In this document: positions 30,427-39,265 of the stretch, piece after piece
Layout: each line of letters opens with the position of its first letter
Numbering within the stretch: position 1 is the first letter of the stretch
DNA from: Opitutales bacterium
Lineage (GTDB): Bacteria; Verrucomicrobiota; Verrucomicrobiia; Opitutales; PNEW01
NCBI GenBank assembly: GCA_965197745.1
Contig: CBDANS010000007.1
Span: 288,001-352,000, forward strand
DNA length: 64,000 bases
Reading direction: 5' to 3'
Made by a program: the position numbers and the translations under genes
The notes under the pieces: model-generated
Database searches by the model: none
Seen by the model: the letters and a program-made list of their open reading frames with translations, nothing else
Told to the model about the DNA's origin: nothing

Positions 30427-31440
30427 ATGTTTTTTAAAACAATATTTTTTATTCTTTTAATCATTTATGCCGCATCCCCATTGTCGCTAATAGCACAAAC
30501 GGTACCTGATATCGATCCGGGGGCACCTCCCAATATTGATCCCGGGACACCACCGGAGATAACCCCTGATCCTAATCCACCCACTGATCCGATCCCCGTA
30601 ATCATCAACGGTGATGGAACGACCAATCTGAATGGTATTGATCTCAACAATCTGGTCCACCCGAACGGAAACATCTATGACCAGATCCTGATGACCGGGA
30701 AATCGATTACCTTCCGGGCTGACGAGGGGCAAATTACCCGTATTTCTTTTATCGATATTAATGATGATATCGTTCAATTGGAATTTTCAGGTTCGGGTAC
30801 TTTTCAGGTGTCTATGGACGATGATAGTTTTTCGGAACCCGCGCGGCCGGTTAATTACTCGCAGGAAGTGGATTATGTTAAAGGATTACCGACAATCATA
30901 ATAAGCGGAGCGAATGACACCACCAACGTGGGCTCTTTTGCCGTCAATTCTTTATCTTCTCCAGGAACAACGATTCTTATTGAAGGGATTAATTACGATG
31001 CCATTGCCAATATTGCCTTCCTTGAAGTGTCGGGAACGGGCATGGCCAGCATCGGATTAGGCAATGTTGTTTTTACCGGCACGCAGGGCAGTGTTGGCAT
31101 CAATGCCCCTGTCCCGGTATCAGGTCGGGTGATCATTAATGATATCGACGCGCAGGGGTCAGCGACTCCGTTCCTTCTCTTAGATGAAAGTTCGCCTATC
31201 GCTGATCCATTAGGTTCTCAAAAAAGTGTACGCATAGCAGGAGGTGATCTCTCCCAATCGAATGGGCGTGCCATTATCGTCGCCCCCATTTCAAGCAGTA
31301 ATGCGGGTTTCACAAATATCATCTCACAGAATAATTTCAAAGCGGATGGGACACCCCTTTCACCGCAAACCATTTCCGCCACCCTTACTAATTCGCAGAG
31401 TGAGCCCATTATAGTGACGTCAGAGATACAAAATTTTTGA
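30427..31440 (+). CDS. Secreted hypothetical protein with Pro-rich linker
   Basis: Signal peptide, PDIDPGAPPNIDPGTPPEITPDPNPP repeats, then a beta-rich domain starting HPNGNIYDQILM. Confidence 0.8.
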   Translation: MFFKTIFFILLIIYAASPLSLIAQTVPDIDPGAPPNIDPGTPPEITPDPNPPTDPIPVIINGDGTTNLNGIDLNNLVHPNGNIYDQILMTGKSITFRADEGQITRISFIDINDDIVQLEFSGSGTFQVSMDDDSFSEPARPVNYSQEVDYVKGLPTIIISGANDTTNVGSFAVNSLSSPGTTILIEGINYDAIANIAFLEVSGTGMASIGLGNVVFTGTQGSVGINAPVPVSGRVIINDIDAQGSATPFLLLDESSPIADPLGSQKSVRIAGGDLSQSNGRAIIVAPISSSNAGFTNIISQNNFKADGTPLSPQTISATLTNSQSEPIIVTSEIQNF

Positions 31441-31500
31441 GGCAAATCTGCGCCTCAAACTAAGTATCATCATTAGCGAGACGTGCTATATCTCCAGAAA

Positions 31501-32797
31501 ATGGTCCCACATTTTAATAAATCTATTTTTGTTTTAACCACTGCCGCTTTGCTTTTAGCAGGTGTCAGTTATGGCCAGGGTGGGATTGATCCTCAAGCCA
31601 TATGGCCGGAAGCCCGGAATATCGGCGATGGCCGGAGAGTTTCCTCCTGGTTTGGTTCTTTTAATATCAGCCGTGTGCCCTGGATCAGGCATGACGAGCT
31701 GGATTGGTTAAAGGTGGCCGATGGTAGCACGCAGTTCAGCCTCTATCTCTTTGATCCTGCTTTAGGGTGGTTGTGGACTAACCGTGAGATCTATCCCATA
31801 CTCTACAGTTTTAACCGTGCAGCATGGTTGTCTTACGCTGAGGGAACTTCAAATCCTCGATTTTTTTACGATTTTGCATTGGAGGATTGGATTACCCTCT
31901 TTGCCCAGGACGATAATTCGGGGCCGGTTTTGAACGGCTTCAATATTTTTAATACTTCCTTGCCGCTAAATGAGGTGCTCGTGGGTGGGGTTCCGCGAGA
32001 TGGGATTCCATCTATCGACAACCCTCATTTTGTTTCAGTCAGTGAAGCTATTGCCAGTTTCATGGAAGACGATGATGTTCTCACCAGTGTAACAATTGAT
32101 GGTGAGACGCGCGCTTACCCCTTTCGTGTCTTAAACTGGCATGAGATTGTAAATGATAATATAGGGGATACTTGCCGCCACCTATTGTCCCTTGTGTGGC
32201 ACTGCCATGGTCTTTGACAGAATGGTAAATGGGCGTCTCCTCGAATTTGGAGTATCGGGATTATTATTTCAGGATAATCTTCTTATGTATGATCGAGAGA
32301 CCGAAAGTCTCTGGCAGCAATTCACTTTGAAAAGTGTGGCCGGGCCTCAGCTCGGAACAAAATTGCGTTTCATGTTGAGCGAACAGCTTACCTTTAAGGC
32401 ATGGCGCGAAAAGTACCCCGAGGGTCAAGTTTTATCAACCAATACCGGTTTTTTTCGTAATTACTTTATCAATCCTTATGCCGCATATGAAAATTCACCG
32501 GGTGCTTTATTTTTCCGCGGAAATATTCGGGATGATTTACGGGGAAAAGATTTCGTTTTGGGATTAATCATCGACGATGTGGCGAAGGCCTACCCACGGG
32601 ATCAATTGCCTTCAGGAGCAACATTTGAAGATGTCGTTAACAGCAAAACGTTGTCCATTACCTATAATGCGGATACCGGTTTAATTCAGGCTATCGATAA
32701 GGCAACGGGAATTGAATTAACCGGAGTATGGTCGTTCTGGTTTGTCTGGCAGGCTTTTTACCCGGACAGCTTAGTCTGGTCTCCGGTTAGTGGATAA
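31501..32797 (+). pseudogene. Trp-rich domain + DUF3179 protein, frameshifted just before CPLC
   Basis: GGVPRDGIPSID and RAYP...WHEIVND in one frame; AATYCPLCGTAMVFDR...FGVSGLL...MYDRETESLWQQ continues in the next frame after ATA GGG GAT ACT T (about 32173). Confidence 0.85.
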
Positions 32798-32866
32798 GCT
32801 GTATGTTGTAAAAACCTTAAATACCTCTCCTCCTTTTTTACCGACTGGAAGTAAGGTTATCTTCAG

Positions 32867-33658
32867 TTATGATGGTTCAACGGGAGGAATCTCTTTCGCT
32901 ACCGGTTTTTTTATTTCGATAAGTTCGATATCAAAAATGAGCGTTGAACCCGCGGGAATTTTTCCTTTTGACTGATTACCATATCCGAGGTCGGGAGGGA
33001 TATAGAGTTTAGCTTTACCCCCTTCGCCAATTAACTTTAAGCCTTCTTTAAAACCCTGGATGACACCGCTCATATGAAAGCTGGCGGGAGTTCCGCGATC
33101 GCGCGAACTATCGAACACCTCGCCATTAATATACGTTCCATGATAATGGACCACGACATTGTCAGCAGCTGTCGGTCTTACATCGGTGCCTTCTTCAATG
33201 ATTTCATAGTAAAGACCTTTTTCCGTTTTGGCTATTCCGCGGTTATCAAGGTCGGCAAATAAGACCTGGCCAGCCGTTATATTTATCGAAGCTGTTTCCG
33301 CATCCAATTTCGCCTTTTTATCCTGAAACGCCTTTGCCTTTTTTCCGACAATTTCCCTTACCATCGGCAGTATTTCCTGCAGATTCTCCGGTTCCGATGT
33401 GCCCTGTGCCGCTCGGCGCATGCCTTCAAGAATACGATCAATCTCTTCATCAGTGTACCCCATATGAAGACCTGTCTGTCGGACAATCATCCATCCATAG
33501 ACCTCGAGCGCTTCATTTAATTTGTTTGCCTCAACTATTTCTGCCGAAACGGTTTCACTGTCATCTGTGGATTCGCTCTCGGCCATGACAAGAGGGAGTA
33601 TCATAAATAATCCAACCGCAGGGATGAGGAGGAAATAAAAAATAGAGGTGCGTCTCAT
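32867..33658 (-). CDS. FKBP-type peptidyl-prolyl isomerase (FkpA/Mip-like)
   Basis: Signal peptide, VVHYHGT, FDSS, VIQGFKEG, IPPDLGYG, IPAGSTLIFDIEL. Confidence 0.95.
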   Translation of the reverse strand: MRRTSIFYFLLIPAVGLFMILPLVMAESESTDDSETVSAEIVEANKLNEALEVYGWMIVRQTGLHMGYTDEEIDRILEGMRRAAQGTSEPENLQEILPMVREIVGKKAKAFQDKKAKLDAETASINITAGQVLFADLDNRGIAKTEKGLYYEIIEEGTDVRPTAADNVVVHYHGTYINGEVFDSSRDRGTPASFHMSGVIQGFKEGLKLIGEGGKAKLYIPPDLGYGNQSKGKIPAGSTLIFDIELIEIKKPVAKEIPPVEPS

Positions 33659-33948
33659 AAGCGGTTAAGCTCACAAATTAAAGATCATGGGTCAATTCAT
33701 TAGTATAAATTGAAATGATTTCACGATTGAAGATGCGCTATCTCTCTCGCTGAATAGCCTGGCAGAGGTAATTATTTTAATGACTATTCCGAGTAAGACA
33801 TAGTAAATGAAGTAAGTCTTCAGGCGTGCTATGAGCACCGCATAGCTTAATGGCTTAATTTTTACTTTGCGCTTTAGAAGCGATTAAATACCAATTTATT
33901 TGCTGTATAAGTATATTTATAATTTTAGAAATTTTAAAATCATAGGAC

Positions 33949-34611
33949 ATGACCTTTACAGAATTATTATGGGAGAGCATCGAACCCACTTATAATCAAA
34001 TTTTAAAGCATCCCTTTATCCATGGATTGACTAGCGGGGAATTAGACGAAGAGGCCTTTCGATTTTACGTCATTCAGGATGCCATTTACCTCAAAGATTT
34101 TGGCCGTGGTCTGGCCTTGCTCGGAGCGCGCAGTGAGAACGATAATGACTTAATGATGTTCTGCGAACATGCCAAAACGGCTATTGTCGTGGAACGAGAA
34201 CTGCACAAAAGTTTCATCGAAGCCTGGGGTCTTTCCTGGGGAGATATTGAAAAAACAGAACCTTCACCTAATTGTTTGCTTTATACATCTTATCTCCTGC
34301 GCGTTGTTTATTCGCGACCCTACTACGAAGCCTTGGGCGCCTTTTTACCCTGTTACTGGATATACCGGGAGGTTGGGAAGGCGCTTGTTAAACAAAGCTC
34401 ACCCCATGCTCTTTATCAGCGCTGGATCGATACTTACGCGGGTGAAGAGTTCGCCCTTACGGTTCGCGATATGTTGGCTACCGTTGAAGATGCTTGCTCT
34501 TCGCTCAGCGCTGGGCAGAAAGAAAGGGTAGCGAATCATTTCAGGATAACCTCAAAATTTGAATACTTATTTTGGGATATGGGTTATCACCGCCAAAAAT
34601 GGCCTCTTTAA
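33949..34611 (+). CDS. tenA: Thiaminase II
   Basis: HPFI, FYVIQDAIYL, LPCYWIY (catalytic Cys), WIDTY, EYLFW. Confidence 0.93.
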   Translation: MTFTELLWESIEPTYNQILKHPFIHGLTSGELDEEAFRFYVIQDAIYLKDFGRGLALLGARSENDNDLMMFCEHAKTAIVVERELHKSFIEAWGLSWGDIEKTEPSPNCLLYTSYLLRVVYSRPYYEALGAFLPCYWIYREVGKALVKQSSPHALYQRWIDTYAGEEFALTVRDMLATVEDACSSLSAGQKERVANHFRITSKFEYLFWDMGYHRQKWPL

Positions 34612-34691
34612 AATATTACGAAATAAAGAGTGAGAATCAGACTCATATCTATTATAAAACCCCTTCAGCTCTTTCTTTTGAGCTTTTATAC

Positions 34692-35621
34692 ATGAAATTC
34701 AATTCACTATTGATAGCGCAATTTTTAATAATCGCTGTTTTCACCGTCGGTTTTTTGCCTGGTACATCAACCCCGCTTTCTGGCGAAGAGGTATCAGAAT
34801 TTGATAGCCTCATCGATGAAATATTCGGGGGTAAAATCAGGGATGAAAATGTATTCAGGGAAAAACTGGAGCGTGTGCGTGTCCTCGGCGCCTCGCCTCA
34901 GTTGATAGCCGAAGCCAGAATGCTTTTTCATCTTATGAATCAGGATTATGAGGGAATTTCGCCCTATTTACCTGAAATAGATGAAGTGGCGGAAAATTGG
35001 GAACCTGAAGAAAGTAAAGTATTTCGCGATTCTGCCGGTTACGATGGATTGCGTTCAGCTCTTCATGCCTACGATGCGCGATCGAAGGATGACGTAGCCG
35101 CTTTTGAAAAGTATTCGAAGGAAGCGTTCTGGCATGATCCCAGGCTTGCTCCGCTTCTTACCACTTGGATCCAGGATTATCGCAATGATAATTTATTGAC
35201 TGATCTTCAGGTTCCAATGGATATGCCCATTCAACAATCTGATGGAAATGCCACTACCCTTGGCTCACTTGTCAGCAGGAAGAAGGCTATATTACTCGAT
35301 TTTTGGGCAACATGGTGTATCCCATGCGTTTCCCTTATGCCGGAGTTAATAAAAAAAGCTGAAATCCTCGAACCACAAGGTGTTCTCGTAGCCGGGATGA
35401 ATACGGAAACCGTAGAGAAAGCGGAGCAATTTAGAAAGAAAAGAGAAATTAATGTTACCTGGCTCGTGGAACCTGAGGGTCAACCCTTAAGCCGACTGCT
35501 GTCAATCGATAGTATTCCGAGGATGATCCTTATCGATGGCCAGGGACAGGTTCTCTTTAATGGACATCCTATGGATCCATCGCTGATCGATGCGCTTGCC
35601 ATATTGGAAGTGAAATTATAA
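34692..35621 (+). CDS. Secreted TlpA-like thiol-disulfide oxidoreductase
   Basis: Signal peptide, helical N-terminal region, LLDFWATWCIPC, SIPRMILID. Confidence 0.9.
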   Translation: MKFNSLLIAQFLIIAVFTVGFLPGTSTPLSGEEVSEFDSLIDEIFGGKIRDENVFREKLERVRVLGASPQLIAEARMLFHLMNQDYEGISPYLPEIDEVAENWEPEESKVFRDSAGYDGLRSALHAYDARSKDDVAAFEKYSKEAFWHDPRLAPLLTTWIQDYRNDNLLTDLQVPMDMPIQQSDGNATTLGSLVSRKKAILLDFWATWCIPCVSLMPELIKKAEILEPQGVLVAGMNTETVEKAEQFRKKREINVTWLVEPEGQPLSRLLSIDSIPRMILIDGQGQVLFNGHPMDPSLIDALAILEVKL

Positions 35622-35625
35622 ATAC

Positions 35626-36285
35626 TTATAACGAGCGCAACCATGCGCCGTTTTCCTTCATCTCGGGGCAGAAAATCAAGGATCCGGGAACGACTATATC
35701 TGCTCCGGCTTCCCGTAAGCTCGGCACTGTATGACGGCGGATTGCACCATCAGCCTCAATTTCAAAATCCAAACCTCTATCGCTTCGCATGCGAACAAGA
35801 CTTTGGATTTTCGCACACGTTCCATCGGCAATATCACTAATTCCTTTCACCGCGAAACCTGTTCCCAGGACACAGACAATAGCGAGTTGTTCTAAATAGG
35901 AATGGATTATGGAAACGGGATTTTCTATGGCCAGTGAGATGCCAACACTCATCTTATGCGATTTGATAGAATCGATAATTCCCTGTTGGTTTTCAGTGGT
36001 GTCGGGGTAATAGATGATGCGGTCAGCACCGGCTTCAGCAAAAGGGGTTACCCATCGTTCAGGGTTTTGAGTTATGAGATGAACTTCGATTGGCTTTTCA
36101 GTCTTACCACGAATAGCTCTGGCTAAATCAGGAAAAAAGAGAAGAAGCTCGGCATAAGTTCCGTCAGCTACGTCAAGATGGTATAAGTCGGCGTAGGGGT
36201 CCACGCGCTCTATTTCGGATTCCAGATTTGTCAAATCAGCAGACCATAATGAAATCGAGGTTTTTAGCGGTCGTGTAGCCATCAT
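35626..36285 (-). CDS. Ribulose-phosphate 3-epimerase family protein
   Basis: SLWSAD, HLDVADG, EVHL, EADG, GADIVVPGS. ATG at 36285 overlaps the upstream TGA (ATGA). Confidence 0.85.
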   Translation of the reverse strand: MMATRPLKTSISLWSADLTNLESEIERVDPYADLYHLDVADGTYAELLLFFPDLARAIRGKTEKPIEVHLITQNPERWVTPFAEAGADRIIYYPDTTENQQGIIDSIKSHKMSVGISLAIENPVSIIHSYLEQLAIVCVLGTGFAVKGISDIADGTCAKIQSLVRMRSDRGLDFEIEADGAIRRHTVPSLREAGADIVVPGSLIFCPEMKENGAWLRSL

Positions 36286-37085
36286 AATATCGATTTTAAA
36301 AAAGCGGCCAAATGGCATTGAAAGCTTTTAGTATGTTCTTCAATGCTTTCAATTTTCGCAGGTACCTGAATAAATTTTCCTTGAGGCAGGTGCTTCTCCC
36401 ATTCTTTTGCAAAGGCCATGGGATGCGTGGGATCCGGTTCATTTCCGACAATTAAGGTGGGAAAATCAAGCCTTTCAACTTCGCGCCAATCGAAAGTCGG
36501 GGCATCGTTGGGAATATGTCTGAGACGTGCTCGGCGATCAAATGCTTGTGGTGACTGAAATTGCTGGCACAGTGATTCGGCATTATCCATAGATTGCCGC
36601 TTTATGGCTGCAAACTCAGGTAACTGCTTAAAATATTCCAACCCCTCATATTCCCCATGGGCTTCCATTAACTCAGCTATGCGGGGGATGATGCTCAATG
36701 TATCGGGTAAAGATTGATCAACCCATGCCGGACGCATAAGCACGAGCGCTTTAATCTGTTGGGGAAAAAGTACCGCGTAGCGTACCGATACTGCCGCTCC
36801 CATGGATATCCCACCAATTACCGCTTGTTCGACTTTAAGATGATTAAGTAATGCATCGAGGTCTTTCGCGAAAGTGGTAAAGTTAAATTTTTCCTCCGGT
36901 CCTACCGGATCGGTCTTACCATGCCCCCGGCAGTCCCAGACAATCCTTTGATAGCCATTTATCTCACCGCATAGATCTTTAGGTTGTTGCAAATCACTGC
37001 CCAGTCCGTGAGTAAAGACAAACGGAATACCTTCACCTATCACTTCAAAACAAAAGCGGATCCCGTCATGTTCAAAATAGCTCAT
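36282..37085 (-). CDS. Alpha/beta hydrolase
   Basis: HGLG, DCRGHG, GISMG nucleophile elbow. Confidence 0.92.
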   Translation of the reverse strand: MSYFEHDGIRFCFEVIGEGIPFVFTHGLGSDLQQPKDLCGEINGYQRIVWDCRGHGKTDPVGPEEKFNFTTFAKDLDALLNHLKVEQAVIGGISMGAAVSVRYAVLFPQQIKALVLMRPAWVDQSLPDTLSIIPRIAELMEAHGEYEGLEYFKQLPEFAAIKRQSMDNAESLCQQFQSPQAFDRRARLRHIPNDAPTFDWREVERLDFPTLIVGNEPDPTHPMAFAKEWEKHLPQGKFIQVPAKIESIEEHTKSFQCHLAAFLKSIL

Positions 37086-37948
37086 AGTCCTGTTTCCGAT
37101 TCTGACACGGGTCTATACCACTTAAATATTTCACGCTGGAGGAATTCAAGGCTCATATCAACCTGTGATTTTTTAAGGTTGTGCAATACGATAGGGCCTC
37201 TAAAACCAATTTTAGCCAGTGATTGGCAATAAGTCTGCCAGTCTAAAGCACCTGTTCCTGCAGCTCGACTGTACCCGGTTTGCTCAATTGGGATGTCTTT
37301 GGCGTGTGCCATAATAATATCGGGACCGAGTATTTCTATCGATTCTTCAATCACCTCTTTCATCCTCGATAAATCAGTTGTCTCAAAAAGATTGGCTCCG
37401 TCGATAATAATTTTGAGTTGCGAAGATTGCATTTCATCCAAGAGGCGTCGGGCTTTTGTGGCTGAATCGATTACATTGGCTTTCTCCGGCTCGATGCCAA
37501 GGACCACATTATTATCCTGTGCCACCGGTAACAGTTTTTCGAGGGTGGTTATAAGATCCTTCCAGGCTTCAGGTTCAGCGTTGTCGGGATGGCGCTGCCA
37601 CATGTTATCAGGATCGCGTGTTCCCGTGCATAATGAGACGATGGATGTTCCTAATTTTCTGCATCGCTTAATGAGGTGACAAGCACGGTCGACTGACCGG
37701 CTGCGCATTTTTCTATCGGGATGGATGGCGTTAAAAGTCCCCGAAATGGCAATCATTTCCATTGTCCGTTGTTCGAATGCTTCATAAATATGTCGACATA
37801 AAGTATCATCGATCAATTCCGGCAAGCTCTCGATTCCGGCGCCATTAAAGTTAAAGTGAACAGCGTAGAGATTATGCGCGAGAATGGTGTCGAGCAGGTT
37901 CTCGACACTCGATCTGCTGAAGGTCCTGGAAAAAATCCCAATCTGCAT
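37082..37948 (-). CDS. Sugar phosphate isomerase/epimerase (xylose isomerase-like TIM barrel)
   Basis: LGIEPE, IDGAN, AHAKD, GTGALDW metal-site pattern. Confidence 0.88.
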   Translation of the reverse strand: MQIGIFSRTFSRSSVENLLDTILAHNLYAVHFNFNGAGIESLPELIDDTLCRHIYEAFEQRTMEMIAISGTFNAIHPDRKMRSRSVDRACHLIKRCRKLGTSIVSLCTGTRDPDNMWQRHPDNAEPEAWKDLITTLEKLLPVAQDNNVVLGIEPEKANVIDSATKARRLLDEMQSSQLKIIIDGANLFETTDLSRMKEVIEESIEILGPDIIMAHAKDIPIEQTGYSRAAGTGALDWQTYCQSLAKIGFRGPIVLHNLKKSQVDMSLEFLQREIFKWYRPVSESETGL

Positions 37949-37953
37949 CTTTC

Positions 37954-39018
37954 CTAAGAGGGAGCCTTGGGTTTTACCACTTCCTGGTGCTTACCGCTAA
38001 CAGACGAAGCTTTAACTGCCTCGGTGAGCATTACCGTGGCAAGACCTTCACGCGCATCGGGATTTGTCGGCTCATCATTTTTCACGGCATGAACAAAAGC
38101 TTCGATTTGGCGTTTGTAAGGATTGCTATGAGCACTCAGGGGTGTATGCCATTGTTCACTGCGAGCATCGAAGGCGCGAACTTTACTCGGGCGGTAGTAA
38201 AAGGGGAGAAAAGTATTTATCTCCACACTGCCACTTTCGCCATGGACAACATATCCTTCGGACCAATCTGAATTGACCTTAACCGTTAACTCAAAGTTGC
38301 CAATCCCTCCGTGTTCATATTCGAGAAGACCATGCCAGGTATGCTGATTGGATTTATAAGCATGTTTTGTTGTGACCCCCGCTATATCTCCGCCAAGGTA
38401 ACGCAGATTATCAAATAAATGCGCCCCATGCGTAACCAGAGAATAGTGCTCCTTATCATTTTTGGGATCGGTTGAAGGCTTAATCACATCTTTACTTGTG
38501 AGCAAAGGCGGGAGCAGCGTTTCCTGTAATGACGGGCGAAATAATGTGTCTCGATACCATCCGCTGATGGACAGTATTTTGCCAAGAGATTCTTTTATAA
38601 ATTGTCGGCCGAATGCTATTCCCGGATCGTGCCGCTTCATGGAGCCGACTTGTAACTTCAATTGCGTCTCTTGTATTTTATCAATTAAGAGTTCGCATTC
38701 TGTCGCGTTTACGCCCAGTGGTTTTTCCACTAACACATGCTTGCCTGCATCCAGTGCCTGCATGGCCAGGGGAACATGAAATTCATCGGGAGCCGCAATG
38801 ATCACTGCCTCTATGTCAGATTCTTCAAGAAATTGGGTGTAATCGGTATATAGATTTTTAACCCTTTCACGGTTACCCACAGTCTTTAATAAATCATCGG
38901 CTCCTTCACAGATCGCGGTCAATCGCGCGCTCCGTACTTTTGCAAGGGCGGGAAGATGGGCATATTGGGCTATTGTTCCGCAACCCAGCAAACCTATATT
39001 TAACACTGATTCTGACAT
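37954..39018 (-). CDS. Gfo/Idh/MocA family oxidoreductase
   Basis: GLLGCGTIA, AGKHVLVEKP. Confidence 0.92.
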   Translation of the reverse strand: MSESVLNIGLLGCGTIAQYAHLPALAKVRSARLTAICEGADDLLKTVGNRERVKNLYTDYTQFLEESDIEAVIIAAPDEFHVPLAMQALDAGKHVLVEKPLGVNATECELLIDKIQETQLKLQVGSMKRHDPGIAFGRQFIKESLGKILSISGWYRDTLFRPSLQETLLPPLLTSKDVIKPSTDPKNDKEHYSLVTHGAHLFDNLRYLGGDIAGVTTKHAYKSNQHTWHGLLEYEHGGIGNFELTVKVNSDWSEGYVVHGESGSVEINTFLPFYYRPSKVRAFDARSEQWHTPLSAHSNPYKRQIEAFVHAVKNDEPTNPDAREGLATVMLTEAVKASSVSGKHQEVVKPKAPS

Positions 39019-39167
39019 TATCCTTAATAATTAAAGCAAAATAATAACGATCACCGCACTGATAATCAAGAATTCAGAACATCGGAAATTAGTGAACAGT
39101 ATTAGGCAGGGTATAATCAGTTGTCATCGACCTACATTAGTAAATTAAGACCGGTAAAGAGAAAGGC

Positions 39168-39196
39168 TTTTGACCTTCGATCTTTGACTTTCGACT
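39168..39196. repeat. Degenerate heptamer tandem repeat
   Basis: TTTGACC TTCGATC TTTGACT TTCGACT; a shorter similar run GATTTTC GATTGTC GATTT lies at 15001-15019. Confidence 0.6.
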
Positions 39197-39265
39197 GTAT
39201 ATAAAAAACAGTTGTCAGTAAGATTGATTTTAAAGTTAATAAAAAGCGAATTTTAAAAATTTTGT

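Noticed and set aside
33660..33948. TPP riboswitch upstream of tenA
   Set aside because: The CTGAGA and CCTGA...GCGTAGG core elements are absent.
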